From NCBI RefSeq assembly GCF_036321535.1, contig NC_087437.1, positions 98,272,001-98,336,000 on the forward strand: a stretch of 64,000 nt of DNA, in the 5' to 3' direction. This DNA comes from Camelus dromedarius. Taxonomy: Eukaryota. This document shows, piece by piece, positions 54,513-64,000 of this stretch. Within the stretch, counting starts at the first letter, position 1. Each line of letters starts with the position of its first letter. Below the pieces are notes generated by a model. It was not told where the DNA came from and made no database searches. It was given only the letters and a program-made list of their open reading frames with translations. A program made the position numbers and the translations under genes.

Positions 54513-55438
54513 GTCATAAAACTCACAGGTACCACAGAAATGGTAAGAAGTAGCTTTTACAAGAGATGGTGAAAACTGTCCAAAGAAAAGCCATTTTGCT
54601 TCTGTTAAAAACAGCTTCTTAAATATTCAACTATTCAGGAAACCACCTGAAGATAAATATTAACTTTCCTAATTCTGTAAAAGGAGGAATATCAATTTAG
54701 TAAAGTAGTTAAAATACAAAAATGGAAATCCGCCTTTTTTTTTTTTTAAAGGATCTATCAAATTTCCATCAACTGTAATCAATTTTTACTAAGTAGTACA
54801 AGGTTTAAAGAAATACAGTATATTGAAAACGATTGGGGTGGGAAAGACACTTTGGGGAACCATAAAACCCCTTCCAAGAGTTAAAAATAATTTTTTTTTT
54901 CTTTTTAGCAAAAGTGAAAAATGTAAGCATATTTTTTTCTAATTTGTTTTTGAACTGAATGAGAAGTGAATCAGCACTAGGGTTTTTTTAATTCAATAAT
55001 TATCCTTTAAAGAGTTATCATTTAACAATTTGGGACTTAAAAAACATATTATGCAGGCTGACTTCTGAAAAGCAAAATAAAGTACCCTAATAAAGGCAGC
55101 AAAATGCATTAATCCACAGTGGATGGAGGTTCACCTTTTAATTTATGCCTGTTATTTGTGATTATAAAAGAGTATCATTCATAGCTACTCACAGTTGTTG
55201 TCTGATGCATACAGAAGTGTTAAACCACCAGTTGCTAGTTCAGTAGCTTCCTCATGACATTAACATAAAGCAAAAAGGAGTATGCAGACTTAAACACCAC
55301 CAGGAACCAATACTTTTCAAAATAAAAAAAGCTTCAATTATACCATGCTTGTTTCTCACATCATGCGCTTATTTATACAGATCTCAAGTTCGTACTAGTT
55401 AGTTTTAAAAAGATCCAAAGATGGATGGCAGGTACATT

Positions 55439-58400
55439 TTACTCTGATTCCTTTTTTATTGTTAGCATGTTTCCCAGAAGTCCATAAACTTCTCCATTTG
55501 CGCTGTGTGGGCGCGAGGCATTATTTCCCATATGGCTATTATAAGGGCTTCTTAAATTAAAGAAAGAAGCTTTAGTTTCTGCAGCAGGAAATAACTCTTC
55601 TTTGACTGTAACCTGTGAGATACTTTCAGCAGATGAAGGCTCCCTCCAAATGTCCTTGTCCTGTGTTTCTCGACTGGTAACAGAACTGCCCCCTTTCTGG
55701 AGCATGTAATACAGGATCGGGTTAGTTTTGGTCAGTCTAGGGGAGTCTTTGTCGTACTCATTCTTGTCCACATCTGTGATGACCCACTTAATGGGTCCCT
55801 TCTCACTGGGCACGGAACACCCATTCACAAGCCCAGACTCGGGTCGAGACCCCGTGCAGCCCACGGGCTCGGGGAAAGGAGGGCTGGCAGGCGTTTTTGC
55901 CGCTCCCGGGTACGGGAATGTCCTGCTGTCCATGCCGCTGCTGGGCTGGGCAGCACTGCACATCAGTCCGGTGAGAGAGGAAATGCTGAATTCAGGCCTG
56001 CTGTTGGTCACGTTATTTTTGTGTCCTTTCTTTTTACTGTCGATGACAGAGTTACTCCTGTGCTGGGACAGATCTCTCACACAGTTCTCTGAGAGAAGCA
56101 GCTGTTTCAGAACATTGAAGCTTTTGCTCTCTCTGGCCCAATTCCGAGGCTCGCTTTCGCTGGCTGAACCGTGACTGGCAGGATATTTAAATTCAAGATC
56201 ACTTCGGCTCAACTTCAGCTCTTGCTGGTTAAGCAAGGACCCGTACAGTGCCTCCGGGGCACTGTGACTGTTTGCAGCATCGACTGTGTTATTTTTCACC
56301 TTTTTAAATGGATTTTCTAAGGGCTCAGTATAAAGCTTCCTTTTCTTAGGGGCCATGCAAAGATTCTTTGACTCTAGAAGCGTCAGTTCACTATTTCTCT
56401 GACTGGTGTCCAGGTCATCGGCCAGGTAACTCTCTTGATTTTGTCTCAGCAGTCGACTGAGCAGACCGTTCCTTGAGAAAGAAAAATCCTGAGGTGAGAT
56501 GGGCTCCGATTTAAAGTCCTCGGATGCCGGTAAGGCAGCAGCGCTTCTCTGCCCCGGAGGAGCCATCCCCAAGAACGGGGCGTCCTTAGCATCGTGGCTC
56601 AAGTGTGCGTTGGTGTTGTGAGTCTGTAAGTCGTCACAAGGCTCAGATTTTATTTTCACCATCAAGATTTGTTCACTTAAAGCTCTATCCGTGTGTTCCT
56701 GAGTGCTTTCATCTCTTAAGGGAACCATTTCTTTTTTTTCACTCTTCCCTTTGTTGGGGTTTCCCAGGAGCAACTGGAGGACAGTGCGCCTTTCAAGGAG
56801 ATTTTCTATTTCTGAACCAGAGAGTCCTGGCTCAGGACCTGTTGCCGGACTGCCGAACGCTTTACTTTCTTCAGCTGTATTTGTTTTATTGGAGAGCAGA
56901 GGGCTGTTTAATCTATCAATCACACCTGTAGGTCTGTCTGTGTTTACACCGAGCAGCTGCTTACTGGGTCTCTGCTCTTCCCCCGACATGGAAGACTGCA
57001 TTCCACACTGCGCTAAATTCTGTAACAGCTTACTGGCACTGAAAGTTGCAGAGTTTTGTGCACCTTCATTTTGGACTGGTTTCTCTCCTTGCAATTCTTT
57101 GCTCTTTGTCAGGTCCATCAAGTGGTTAGACGCAGTATTCGTTGGCCTTTCGGACTGGGGGCCACAGGCATATGGTGGGGAATTCCACCTGATGACCAGT
57201 GAGTGTTGGGAAAGATTGATGGGAGACTCTGCTTTGGTGGATGCAAGCAGCGGTGGAGTGCTCACTGGGGTAGTCCTATTGGTACCAGGGCTTTCTATCA
57301 CAGAAGTCCTCATGTACTTCTGCGTCCTGAACTTCGTCACCTCGCCGTGTACTTCCTGAGGACTGCTGTTTCTTTCTATGTTTTCTTCATTCTTATGGCC
57401 AAGTAGCAACTGAAGGAGGGTTACTTTCTGGTGTGAATTTAGCTTAGAATTCTTTGAGGTATCTTGATCTTCTTTGAGATCTACTTCGGGGACTTTCGGA
57501 TCCCAAGTGTTTAGCAAGGACTGGGTTAAGTTATCCAGAGAAACAGGCTGGTCGGGTGCGGGCTTTTCGATTCGGTGTTTGCAAGACAAGTCTATGGGAA
57601 CACAGTTGGAATAAGAGCTTTCATCACCACTGCTATCATCTGTAAAACTAGGATTGTTATCCGAGTACTCGTCAATAGTTGTAGGTGTACTGCTGTCCTC
57701 GAAAACGCTTCCTCTCTCACTGTGACTGTGTCCGTTCATTGGCTTAGGTATGGTCTGGCTTTTGAGAAGATGTAGAAGCAAACTGTTATTAGCAGCTTGT
57801 TTTATATTGTTTCTTTCCAGTGAGTTCTTATAGCCTGCATTTTTGGGGGAGGAAGGAACGATACCCATAGGACTTGGAAACGCTGTACCTTTGCTAGCCA
57901 TTAGTTTGTTTGATGATGTTCTAGCCTGACCGTTAAGATGGCCTGACACTCCTTTTGAGAGCTGGAAACTGCCGACATCCTTCTGGCCATTTTCTTGTAA
58001 CCTGGCCATAGCAGCCAGTCTTTCACTCGCTGCTTGATTTGCATTTTGTGTTTTTAAAGCATGTTCTCGAGAATATTGCTGTAAATGAGCCTCGCTGGAA
58101 AGGAGTAAAGCGAGCTGGCTACAAGCGACACTAGGCTTGGGCGAAGTGGCGGGACTAGCCCTTTTCTCCACCATGCTCGCAACAGCCTGCAATCTGGCCG
58201 CACACGACAAAGGTTCACTCATGACCTTCGTTCCACTCTGCCCAACATGATGAGGCGACTCTGCGAACCTGTCTCTGATGAGGTTTTTAGTTACATCAGG
58301 GAGACTGGTATCAGGCTTTTGATCTTTAGCTTTACTTTTCTTCAACAAAGTTTTTAAATGACTTGATGCAACACCGTAGCACCTTAAATCTTTCTCCATT

Positions 58401-58909
58401 TTTAAAGGGTCATGACTGAGGGTATATCCTTGCTCCTTGAGGCTCTGCCTAATTTGTTGTGACAGAGCAACAGTCTGCAGCCTGGAGCTGAACGACTGAA
58501 GCAAAGAGGCCAGTAATGTGCTATCCTGTTTGCCTTTAGGCACATTGTCAACCATGCCGGCCAGCAAAGCCTCCTTCTTCACGTTTAAATTTACGATGGA
58601 ATCAGACAGCCTCTTCCGCTTCGCTGCATTCCAGTCCTCAGAAGACTGCAGTAGTCTGGCTTTTTTGAGATGCAGCATGCCAGATCCCTGATACGCATGT
58701 GAATTGAGAACTGGACCATTACCTGGACAGGTGGGAAACGCACTACTAGAAATGTTAAAGTTCTGATCTTCTTCATTACGCCCAGCAGACTTTTTGTCGA
58801 CGGCAGTACCTGATCCCTCTGCTGCCTGATGCATTAGTAATCCTTCTAGGTAAGTTAAAACAATAGAATCCTGGTGCACATCAGAGCCAAGCTCTTCTCC
58901 ATGAGTCAT
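55439..58909 (-). CDS. NRIP1: Nuclear receptor-interacting protein 1 (RIP140), complete single-exon CDS, 1156 aa
   Basis: Long ORF beginning MTHGEELGSDVHQDSIVLTYLEGLL and ending LTIKKESE. It has nine LxxLL boxes (LEGLL, LASLL, LKTLL, LALLL, LLHLL, LLQLL, LQLLL, LSRLL, LKQLL) plus LYYML, CtBP motifs PIDLS/PINLS/VRDLS, basic NLS-like KRKRL and PKKRK, and SUMO-type IKSE/IKKE. The ORF track starts at a TTG (58915); the real ATG is 58909-58907 in context aacATGa. Confidence 0.99.
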   Translation of the reverse strand: MTHGEELGSDVHQDSIVLTYLEGLLMHQAAEGSGTAVDKKSAGRNEEDQNFNISSSAFPTCPGNGPVLNSHAYQGSGMLHLKKARLLQSSEDWNAAKRKRLSDSIVNLNVKKEALLAGMVDNVPKGKQDSTLLASLLQSFSSRLQTVALSQQIRQSLKEQGYTLSHDPLKMEKDLRCYGVASSHLKTLLKKSKAKDQKPDTSLPDVTKNLIRDRFAESPHHVGQSGTKVMSEPLSCAARLQAVASMVEKRASPATSPKPSVACSQLALLLSSEAHLQQYSREHALKTQNANQAASERLAAMARLQENGQKDVGSFQLSKGVSGHLNGQARTSSNKLMASKGTAFPSPMGIVPSSPKNAGYKNSLERNNIKQAANNSLLLHLLKSQTIPKPMNGHSHSERGSVFEDSSTPTTIDEYSDNNPSFTDDSSGDESSYSNCVPIDLSCKHRIEKPAPDQPVSLDNLTQSLLNTWDPKVPEVDLKEDQDTSKNSKLNSHQKVTLLQLLLGHKNEENIERNSSPQEVHGEVTKFRTQKYMRTSVIESPGTNRTTPVSTPPLLASTKAESPINLSQHSLVIRWNSPPYACGPQSERPTNTASNHLMDLTKSKELQGEKPVQNEGAQNSATFSASKLLQNLAQCGMQSSMSGEEQRPSKQLLGVNTDRPTGVIDRLNSPLLSNKTNTAEESKAFGSPATGPEPGLSGSEIENLLERRTVLQLLLGNPNKGKSEKKEMVPLRDESTQEHTDRALSEQILMVKIKSEPCDDLQTHNTNAHLSHDAKDAPFLGMAPPGQRSAAALPASEDFKSEPISPQDFSFSRNGLLSRLLRQNQESYLADDLDTSQRNSELTLLESKNLCMAPKKRKLYTEPLENPFKKVKNNTVDAANSHSAPEALYGSLLNQQELKLSRSDLEFKYPASHGSASESEPRNWARESKSFNVLKQLLLSENCVRDLSQHRSNSVIDSKKKGHKNNVTNSRPEFSISSLTGLMCSAAQPSSGMDSRTFPYPGAAKTPASPPFPEPVGCTGSRPESGLVNGCSVPSEKGPIKWVITDVDKNEYDKDSPRLTKTNPILYYMLQKGGSSVTSRETQDKDIWREPSSAESISQVTVKEELFPAAETKASFFNLRSPYNSHMGNNASRPHSANGEVYGLLGNMLTIKKESE

Positions 58910-59257
58910 GTTCAATAGAAGTGTTCACAAGGGCTTGGTTTCTATTCACTTTAAAGATGGTTTTCTGTGGGTGAATGAGATGTAACTTTAAGAAGTGAGT
59001 GTCAGTTTATCACCTTCCATAGTAATTAGACAGAGATGTACTGTTACATTGCGACGCGGATTTCTGCTGGCAATGATGAGATAAAAGGCAGGCAGACTCC
59101 AATGCAGTCCGACTGCAGAGCTGATCAACTCCCAGGCAAGCAGCAGCAGCAGAATTCCTTAACACACAGGCGGGCAGCAGCAGCAGACAGTCCTTAGTGA
59201 GTGCACTGCTTCTCCTTCTTCATCTTTTGTTCTCCAATAAATGTAAATATCAGTGTT
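58910..59257 (-). other. NRIP1: 5' UTR portion of the NRIP1 coding exon
   Basis: Lies between the splice acceptor and the ATG. Begins AACACTGATATTTACATTT, resembling the recalled human NRIP1 leader. Contains three upstream ATGs. Confidence 0.85.
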
Positions 59258-59290
59258 CTAAAAAAAATAAAAAATAAAAAATAGTTAAGA
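59258..59290 (-). promoter_or_regulatory. NRIP1: 3' splice site (branch point, polypyrimidine tract, AG) of the last NRIP1 intron
   Basis: Minus strand reads tcttaac (branch-point-like) ... ttttattttttattttttttAG|aacactg, with the AG at 59259-59258. Confidence 0.85.
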
Positions 59291-61695
59291 GGGTGAAGAG
59301 TTAGAATTATGCTATGATATCTTTAAGCAAAAGAATAGAGCACTTTCAAGTTTATATGTGTATATATACACACACACATATATATATATATACACTAAAA
59401 TATACATATACATGTATTATAGTCATTTCTTCAGTCTATTTTATTGCCATTCCTATTAAATTGGAAATCTCTACTGGAAATCCTCTGGATCAATGCATAT
59501 TGTTAAAATGATCCAATCAATTAGAAACGAGAAAATACTTTAATGCTATATAATTGTCTTCCAAAGCCCACCAAATTTTTGAATTTTCATTAAGCACCTT
59601 TCTGCACATCGAGAGAAAGGCTCAGTCTTTTCTATAGCACTGCAGCTCTGTAAGGGGCTAGAACTAGCAACCTTACATTACTGGGAGCTTAGGAAGGAAC
59701 AAAAGAAGAAGTGTAGAGAAAGGAAAAGAGACCCACATTACACGAACTCATCTAGTAAGTTTTATGTGGGCTTGAGGCGTACAGAACAGATTCTCTTCTG
59801 ACATACATCATCCTCCAGACATCAGACGTTCCATAAGTAATTTGTAGAATTTCTGTTTTCAAAGAATTGGAAGCCCTAACAAGCATAAGATTATTTTGTA
59901 GGCCTACAAAAGTGTGATAGCCCTAGTCATATTCATAAACATTTAAATATAATCACAACCTTACTCTCTCTCAGTTTTTACAATGACTTACTGACAACAG
60001 TGATTCTTTGGATGATCATTCAGGTCTATCAAAGGTTTAATGTGTCTGTTTCAAAATCCTTACACATGTGCTCTACGTAGAAATTTTAATATGAGCTCCA
60101 TTCCTAGCAGATGCAGAATATAGGTGACAGGTGAACCTATAACCCTAAGTTTCTAGAATGTTCCTAATATAAAATACTCATCTCCCTACCCATGCTATTT
60201 CTTTTTGTGTGAATTTGTTGTTAATAAGTTTAGATGAATTAAAATATTACATGTGATTTGAAAACGCCTTTAAAAGATTCAAAAATCAAAGTCATTATTA
60301 AAAAGAAAATGTGCCAAGATACTTGCACTAATTTTTGGTTTAGAGAATGTGGCTACTCTAACACATACACGTATAACTACGTGTATACGCTAAGCTGTCA
60401 CGCTGTCCTGTACAAAAGCGGGCAAGAAACATTTAGAATAGCTACGAAGGACAGAGGAATAACTGCCTACAGAAAATTCTAAGTTAAAGTAGTTATTTTT
60501 TGTTAATTTATTTGAAAAGAAAAGTCTATAAATGGCACCAATTACGTGAAGCAAGTAAGAGGAAACAGAGCTTTTCATAGAAACCTGTTTTTTAAAAAGA
60601 TCAATCTGTGAATCAAAGATTATGGTTACTGAGAAGCTGCTTCAGGTGCACTCAGGGACAACACCCACCACCATTCCCTACTAGCAGAAAATGAAACGCC
60701 TCAGAAAGCAGGAATTCTGAGACCTCCTGAGGCTGGAATTCACTCAGACCCTACTATTAAAAGCTCCTCAGGGAACTGAGTGAGCCAAATTTCTTCACGT
60801 AATGTCCTTTTCTCTCTCGTAAACAACTGAAGAGAGAGACATCAATAACAACAACCCTTCCTACCTTTCCCCAGCCTGTCTTTTCCCTTCTATAGCACAG
60901 AATTTAACTGAGAAATTTTGGGGGGGAAAAAAAGGGAGGCTCTAATACTTGGATACGGTACAGCTCGTTGGGACCTACAGATATTAGGGTATAATGTAAA
61001 ATATTATCACTACTTAATAAAGACTTTATAAGGTTAAAATCACTTGACTTAAAGCTAGCATTAACCTGCCTCATTTTCTTTTAGTGGAAAGACACCCACA
61101 TTATTTCTGAATCACCAACATATACTCAGCTTGCTGGATTTTATATACAGATCACTTCAGAACGTTCCCAGGTATTGGACACTACTTGAGTACAGTTAAA
61201 AATACCAAAATGTCAACACATATTTAAGAATTAGGCTTCTTTAGAGATTTGCAAGTCATATATTTAAATTATAAAATACTGTGATTCCTTGGCTTCTCCG
61301 TGGATCTACTGGTTTATTTCTAACTTCAGTAATAATTTTTTTAGAGCTTATATACATGTCTATTTAAAGATATTCAATGTTCTCTTCATAAACACAATAA
61401 AGAAGAGATTTTACTTGTATGGCAAACACTTAAGTGATTTCTGTGGAAAGGTAACAGAATTATCCAAAACATTTGGTTTACGGAGGGTGAGAAGAAGAGA
61501 AAAGTTCTGAGGGGTCAAACAAATAAAAAAGAAAAAAATACAAATGAAGGCATCACAAATTTTGCAACTCATAAGGTTTAGAAGGAAAAATTTAGTTTAG
61601 AAACTAAAATACATTATACTAATATCCTGTATTTAAACATTAGGTTGGTAGAGAGACAAAGTGAAGAAATATTTCTTTTAATAAGCACTAAGAAT

Positions 61696-61717
61696 ACACA
61701 CACACACACACACACAC
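61696..61717. repeat. (AC)11 microsatellite
   Basis: Perfect dinucleotide run. Confidence 0.95.
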
Positions 61718-62124
61718 GAATGGAAAAAAAAATAAAGCCTACCCAGTGATAAAATAAAAGTTGACTGGACAATATTTATTTCAACTTAGTTGTCACTTTT
61801 ATAGAGTGGTTCTATAAAATTTTTAGAAAAAGATTTTTTGATTTTAACAAAACATTTAGTGTAATATTTATGATGGCAAAGAGTGACTTAAATTTGATTT
61901 TGGAATTATTGTTCTAAATCAAAATCAGCTCTTTACAATTTTAATGAATTCATTTAACCTTCAGTATACTGAGAAAAATAATCATTACTATTTATCTTCT
62001 GGGTCTAACAAACATTTTATTACCATTTAAGTCAACTGATGAATAATTTACAGAAGAGTGAAAGGATAATGCAAAACTCATCAGAATTTTTAATAAAAAT
62101 TTATACATAGCAAACCCAATTCTT

Positions 62125-62781
62125 TTTTTGTTTGTTTTCATATTTTTTTTATTATAGGTTACCACAAGATATTGAATACAGTTCTCTGTGCTACACAGTA
62201 TAAACTTGTTGTTTATCTATTTTACATACAGTAGTTAGTATCTGCAAATCTTGACCTCCCAATTTATTCTTTCCCACCCCCTTTACCCCTGGGTAATTGT
62301 AAGTTTGTTCTCTGTCTGTGAGTCTTTTTCTGTTTTGTAAATAAGTTCATCTGTGTCTTTTTTTAAGATTCCACATATAAATGATATCATATGATATTTT
62401 TCTTTCTCTTTCTGGCTTACTTCACTTAGTGTGATGATCTCCAGGTCCATCCAGATGGCATTATTTTATTATTTTTTACTTTTTTCTTTTTAACATTTTT
62501 TTATTGATTTATAATCATTTTACAATGTTGTGTCAAATTCCAGTGTAGGGCACAATTTTTCAGTTATACATGAACATATATATATTCATTGTCACATTTT
62601 TTTCTCTGTGAGCTACCATAAGATCTTGTATATATTTCCCTGTGCTTCACAGTATAATCTTGTTTACCTATTCTACAATTTTGAAATCCCAGGCTATCTC
62701 TTCCTACGCCCTGCCCTCTTGGCAACCACAAGTTTGTATTCTATGTCTGTGAGTCTATTTCTGTTTTGTATTTATGCTTTG
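62125..62781 (-). mobile_element. Composite of two tandem L1 3'-UTR fragments inside one 16-bp TSD
   Basis: Flanked by agcaaacccaattctt (62109-62124) and agcacacccaattctt (62782-62797); internal T-rich tail at about 62465-62503. Confidence 0.85.
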
Positions 62782-63392
62782 AGCACACCCAATTCTTAAT
62801 TCCATATTTTGCTGCTTTTGAAGGACAACATATCCAAAATGGAGGCACTTTGGAACTGAGAGCTCATCTACTGTCATGCACAAACCTGGAAACGCCTTAT
62901 TAATACACATTCCAGACTTCAAGTGCATGGCTGTGAGTTTCTAGTTTAATCATCACTTCTGAGTCTTCTTTTTGTACTTGTATAATTCAAAACATGTTAC
63001 TTTGGGAAATTCTGACAGCTCAAAATTATGTTGAAGCAAGAAAGACAGAAATCTTCCTTGTCCCATAATTGAAAAATATTTTTTATTTTTAGATTTATTA
63101 AGAACAACTGTAACTGGTGTTACAGCAATAAATCTAGTGGGTTATTTCATTTCCATGTCATTTATTTTCCTCCAATCTCTCTTTTAACACACCAGCTTCA
63201 GTATTTGTCCACTTATGAACTGTTTATAAAAAATTTGGGTGTGCTAACATCATAAAAGAAGGAATACTGCCATATATTCTTTGAGCAAGACAGGACAGGC
63301 AAGGTTTCTTGTCACAAAATAGTGATGAAGTCCTTCCTATTACGCAATTGGAGGAAAATACGGTATTTCCTTTTTGCCTTTAGAACTACATT

Positions 63393-63545
63393 GGTATGGT
63401 AACTCTGTGAGGTGATGGCTATGTTAACTAACCTTACTTTGGTAATAATTTTGCAATATATGTGCACATCAAATCATCACATTATACACCTTAAACTTAC
63501 ACAATGTTAAATGTCAACTATATCTCAATCAAGCTGGAGGAAAAA
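63393..63545 (+). mobile_element. L1MA/MB-like 3' end with probable 11-bp TSD
   Basis: ggtaactctgtgaggtgatgg...tacaccttaaacttacacaatg...tatatctcaatcaagctgg; flanked by agaactacatt (63382-63392) and agaactatatt (63546-63556). Confidence 0.85.
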
Positions 63546-64000
63546 AGAACTATATTCTGTTCACTCATTGATTCTTAAGTTTGAGAAAAGTCATTTAGGA
63601 TATTGTCATCTGAAGAAACAGAGATATTGCTTATACAATCAATGTCACCATCATCAATCACGTCGACAATGCTCCTATCAGCCTCTTTGCACTCATTCTC
63701 TGATTCATCTAATTGAAGCATCTTCCTATGCCAACTTTTTCCTCTTTGACATTATGGATGGAAAACAGAAAATACCATCCCATAATGTATGTTTGATTTT
63801 ACAAAAAGTTCCAATGGACACAAATGGTAATAGCAAGATACAATGGTTTTTTCCTACTAAAAACACATTCACTGAAACTTTAAAAAAGAATAAAAGTCAT
63901 ATAATATAATCCTTCCTAACAGTTAGAAATATAAACCACAAATAACAAACAAGCAAAAACAACTTCATAAACAAAAACTGGGTCCAAAGAACCCTGATAG

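Larger units (their letters stand above)
51960..55438 (-). other. NRIP1: NRIP1 3' UTR (end approximate; may stop near 52475 or extend to about 51625)
   Basis: AU-rich, nearly repeat-free sequence after the stop codon, with AATAAA signals at 52495, 51981 and 51642 and upstream UGUA elements. Confidence 0.75.

Noticed and set aside
55728..57775. Antisense ORFs of 148, 108, 218, 67 and 66 aa over the NRIP1 CDS
   Set aside because: Shadow ORFs on the opposite strand of a real CDS, with no recognisable domain or supporting signals.
58910..58915. ORF-track start giving a 1158-aa protein (MNMTH...)
   Set aside because: The first codon is TTG; the recognised RIP140 start is the ATG at 58909, giving 1156 aa.
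59138..59186. Short (CUG)n runs in the NRIP1 5' UTR
   Set aside because: Only about four units each, far too short for repeat instability or RNA toxicity.
1..64000. CRISPR array, operon, defence system, intact transposon or other novel multi-gene system
   Set aside because: No spaced direct-repeat array and no long ORF other than NRIP1; all recognisable mobile elements are truncated or degenerate.

Overview
This is mammalian genomic DNA, most likely from a camelid (alpaca, llama or camel), judged from a Vic-1-type tRNA-derived SINE and cetartiodactyl-type L1 3' ends. It holds one protein-coding gene: the large terminal exon of NRIP1 (RIP140, a nuclear-receptor corepressor) on the minus strand. 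The splice acceptor is at about 59258 and the intronless CDS is 58909->55439 (1156 aa). The 3' UTR runs about 3-3.8 kb and has several tandem poly(A) signals. Bases 59258-64000 are intron, and 1-51500 is repeat-rich downstream intergenic DNA (L1, L2, MIR, MaLR/ERV LTRs, DNA-transposon fossils). I found no new biological system, CRISPR array or structural RNA gene. The leads most worth following are: three uORFs in the NRIP1 leader; a CpG-rich CDS patch where apparent AT->GC substitutions remove a 14-3-3/PKC serine motif; a probable L1 3' transduction inside one TSD pair; 3' UTR logic (alternative polyadenylation, Pumilio sites, miR-23/27/24 and miR-30 sites); an LTR-derived nuclear-receptor half-site array; and an orphan mini CpG island. 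Repeat family names and comparisons with human or mouse come from recalled consensus sequences, not database searches, and repeat boundaries are approximate unless a TSD is given.
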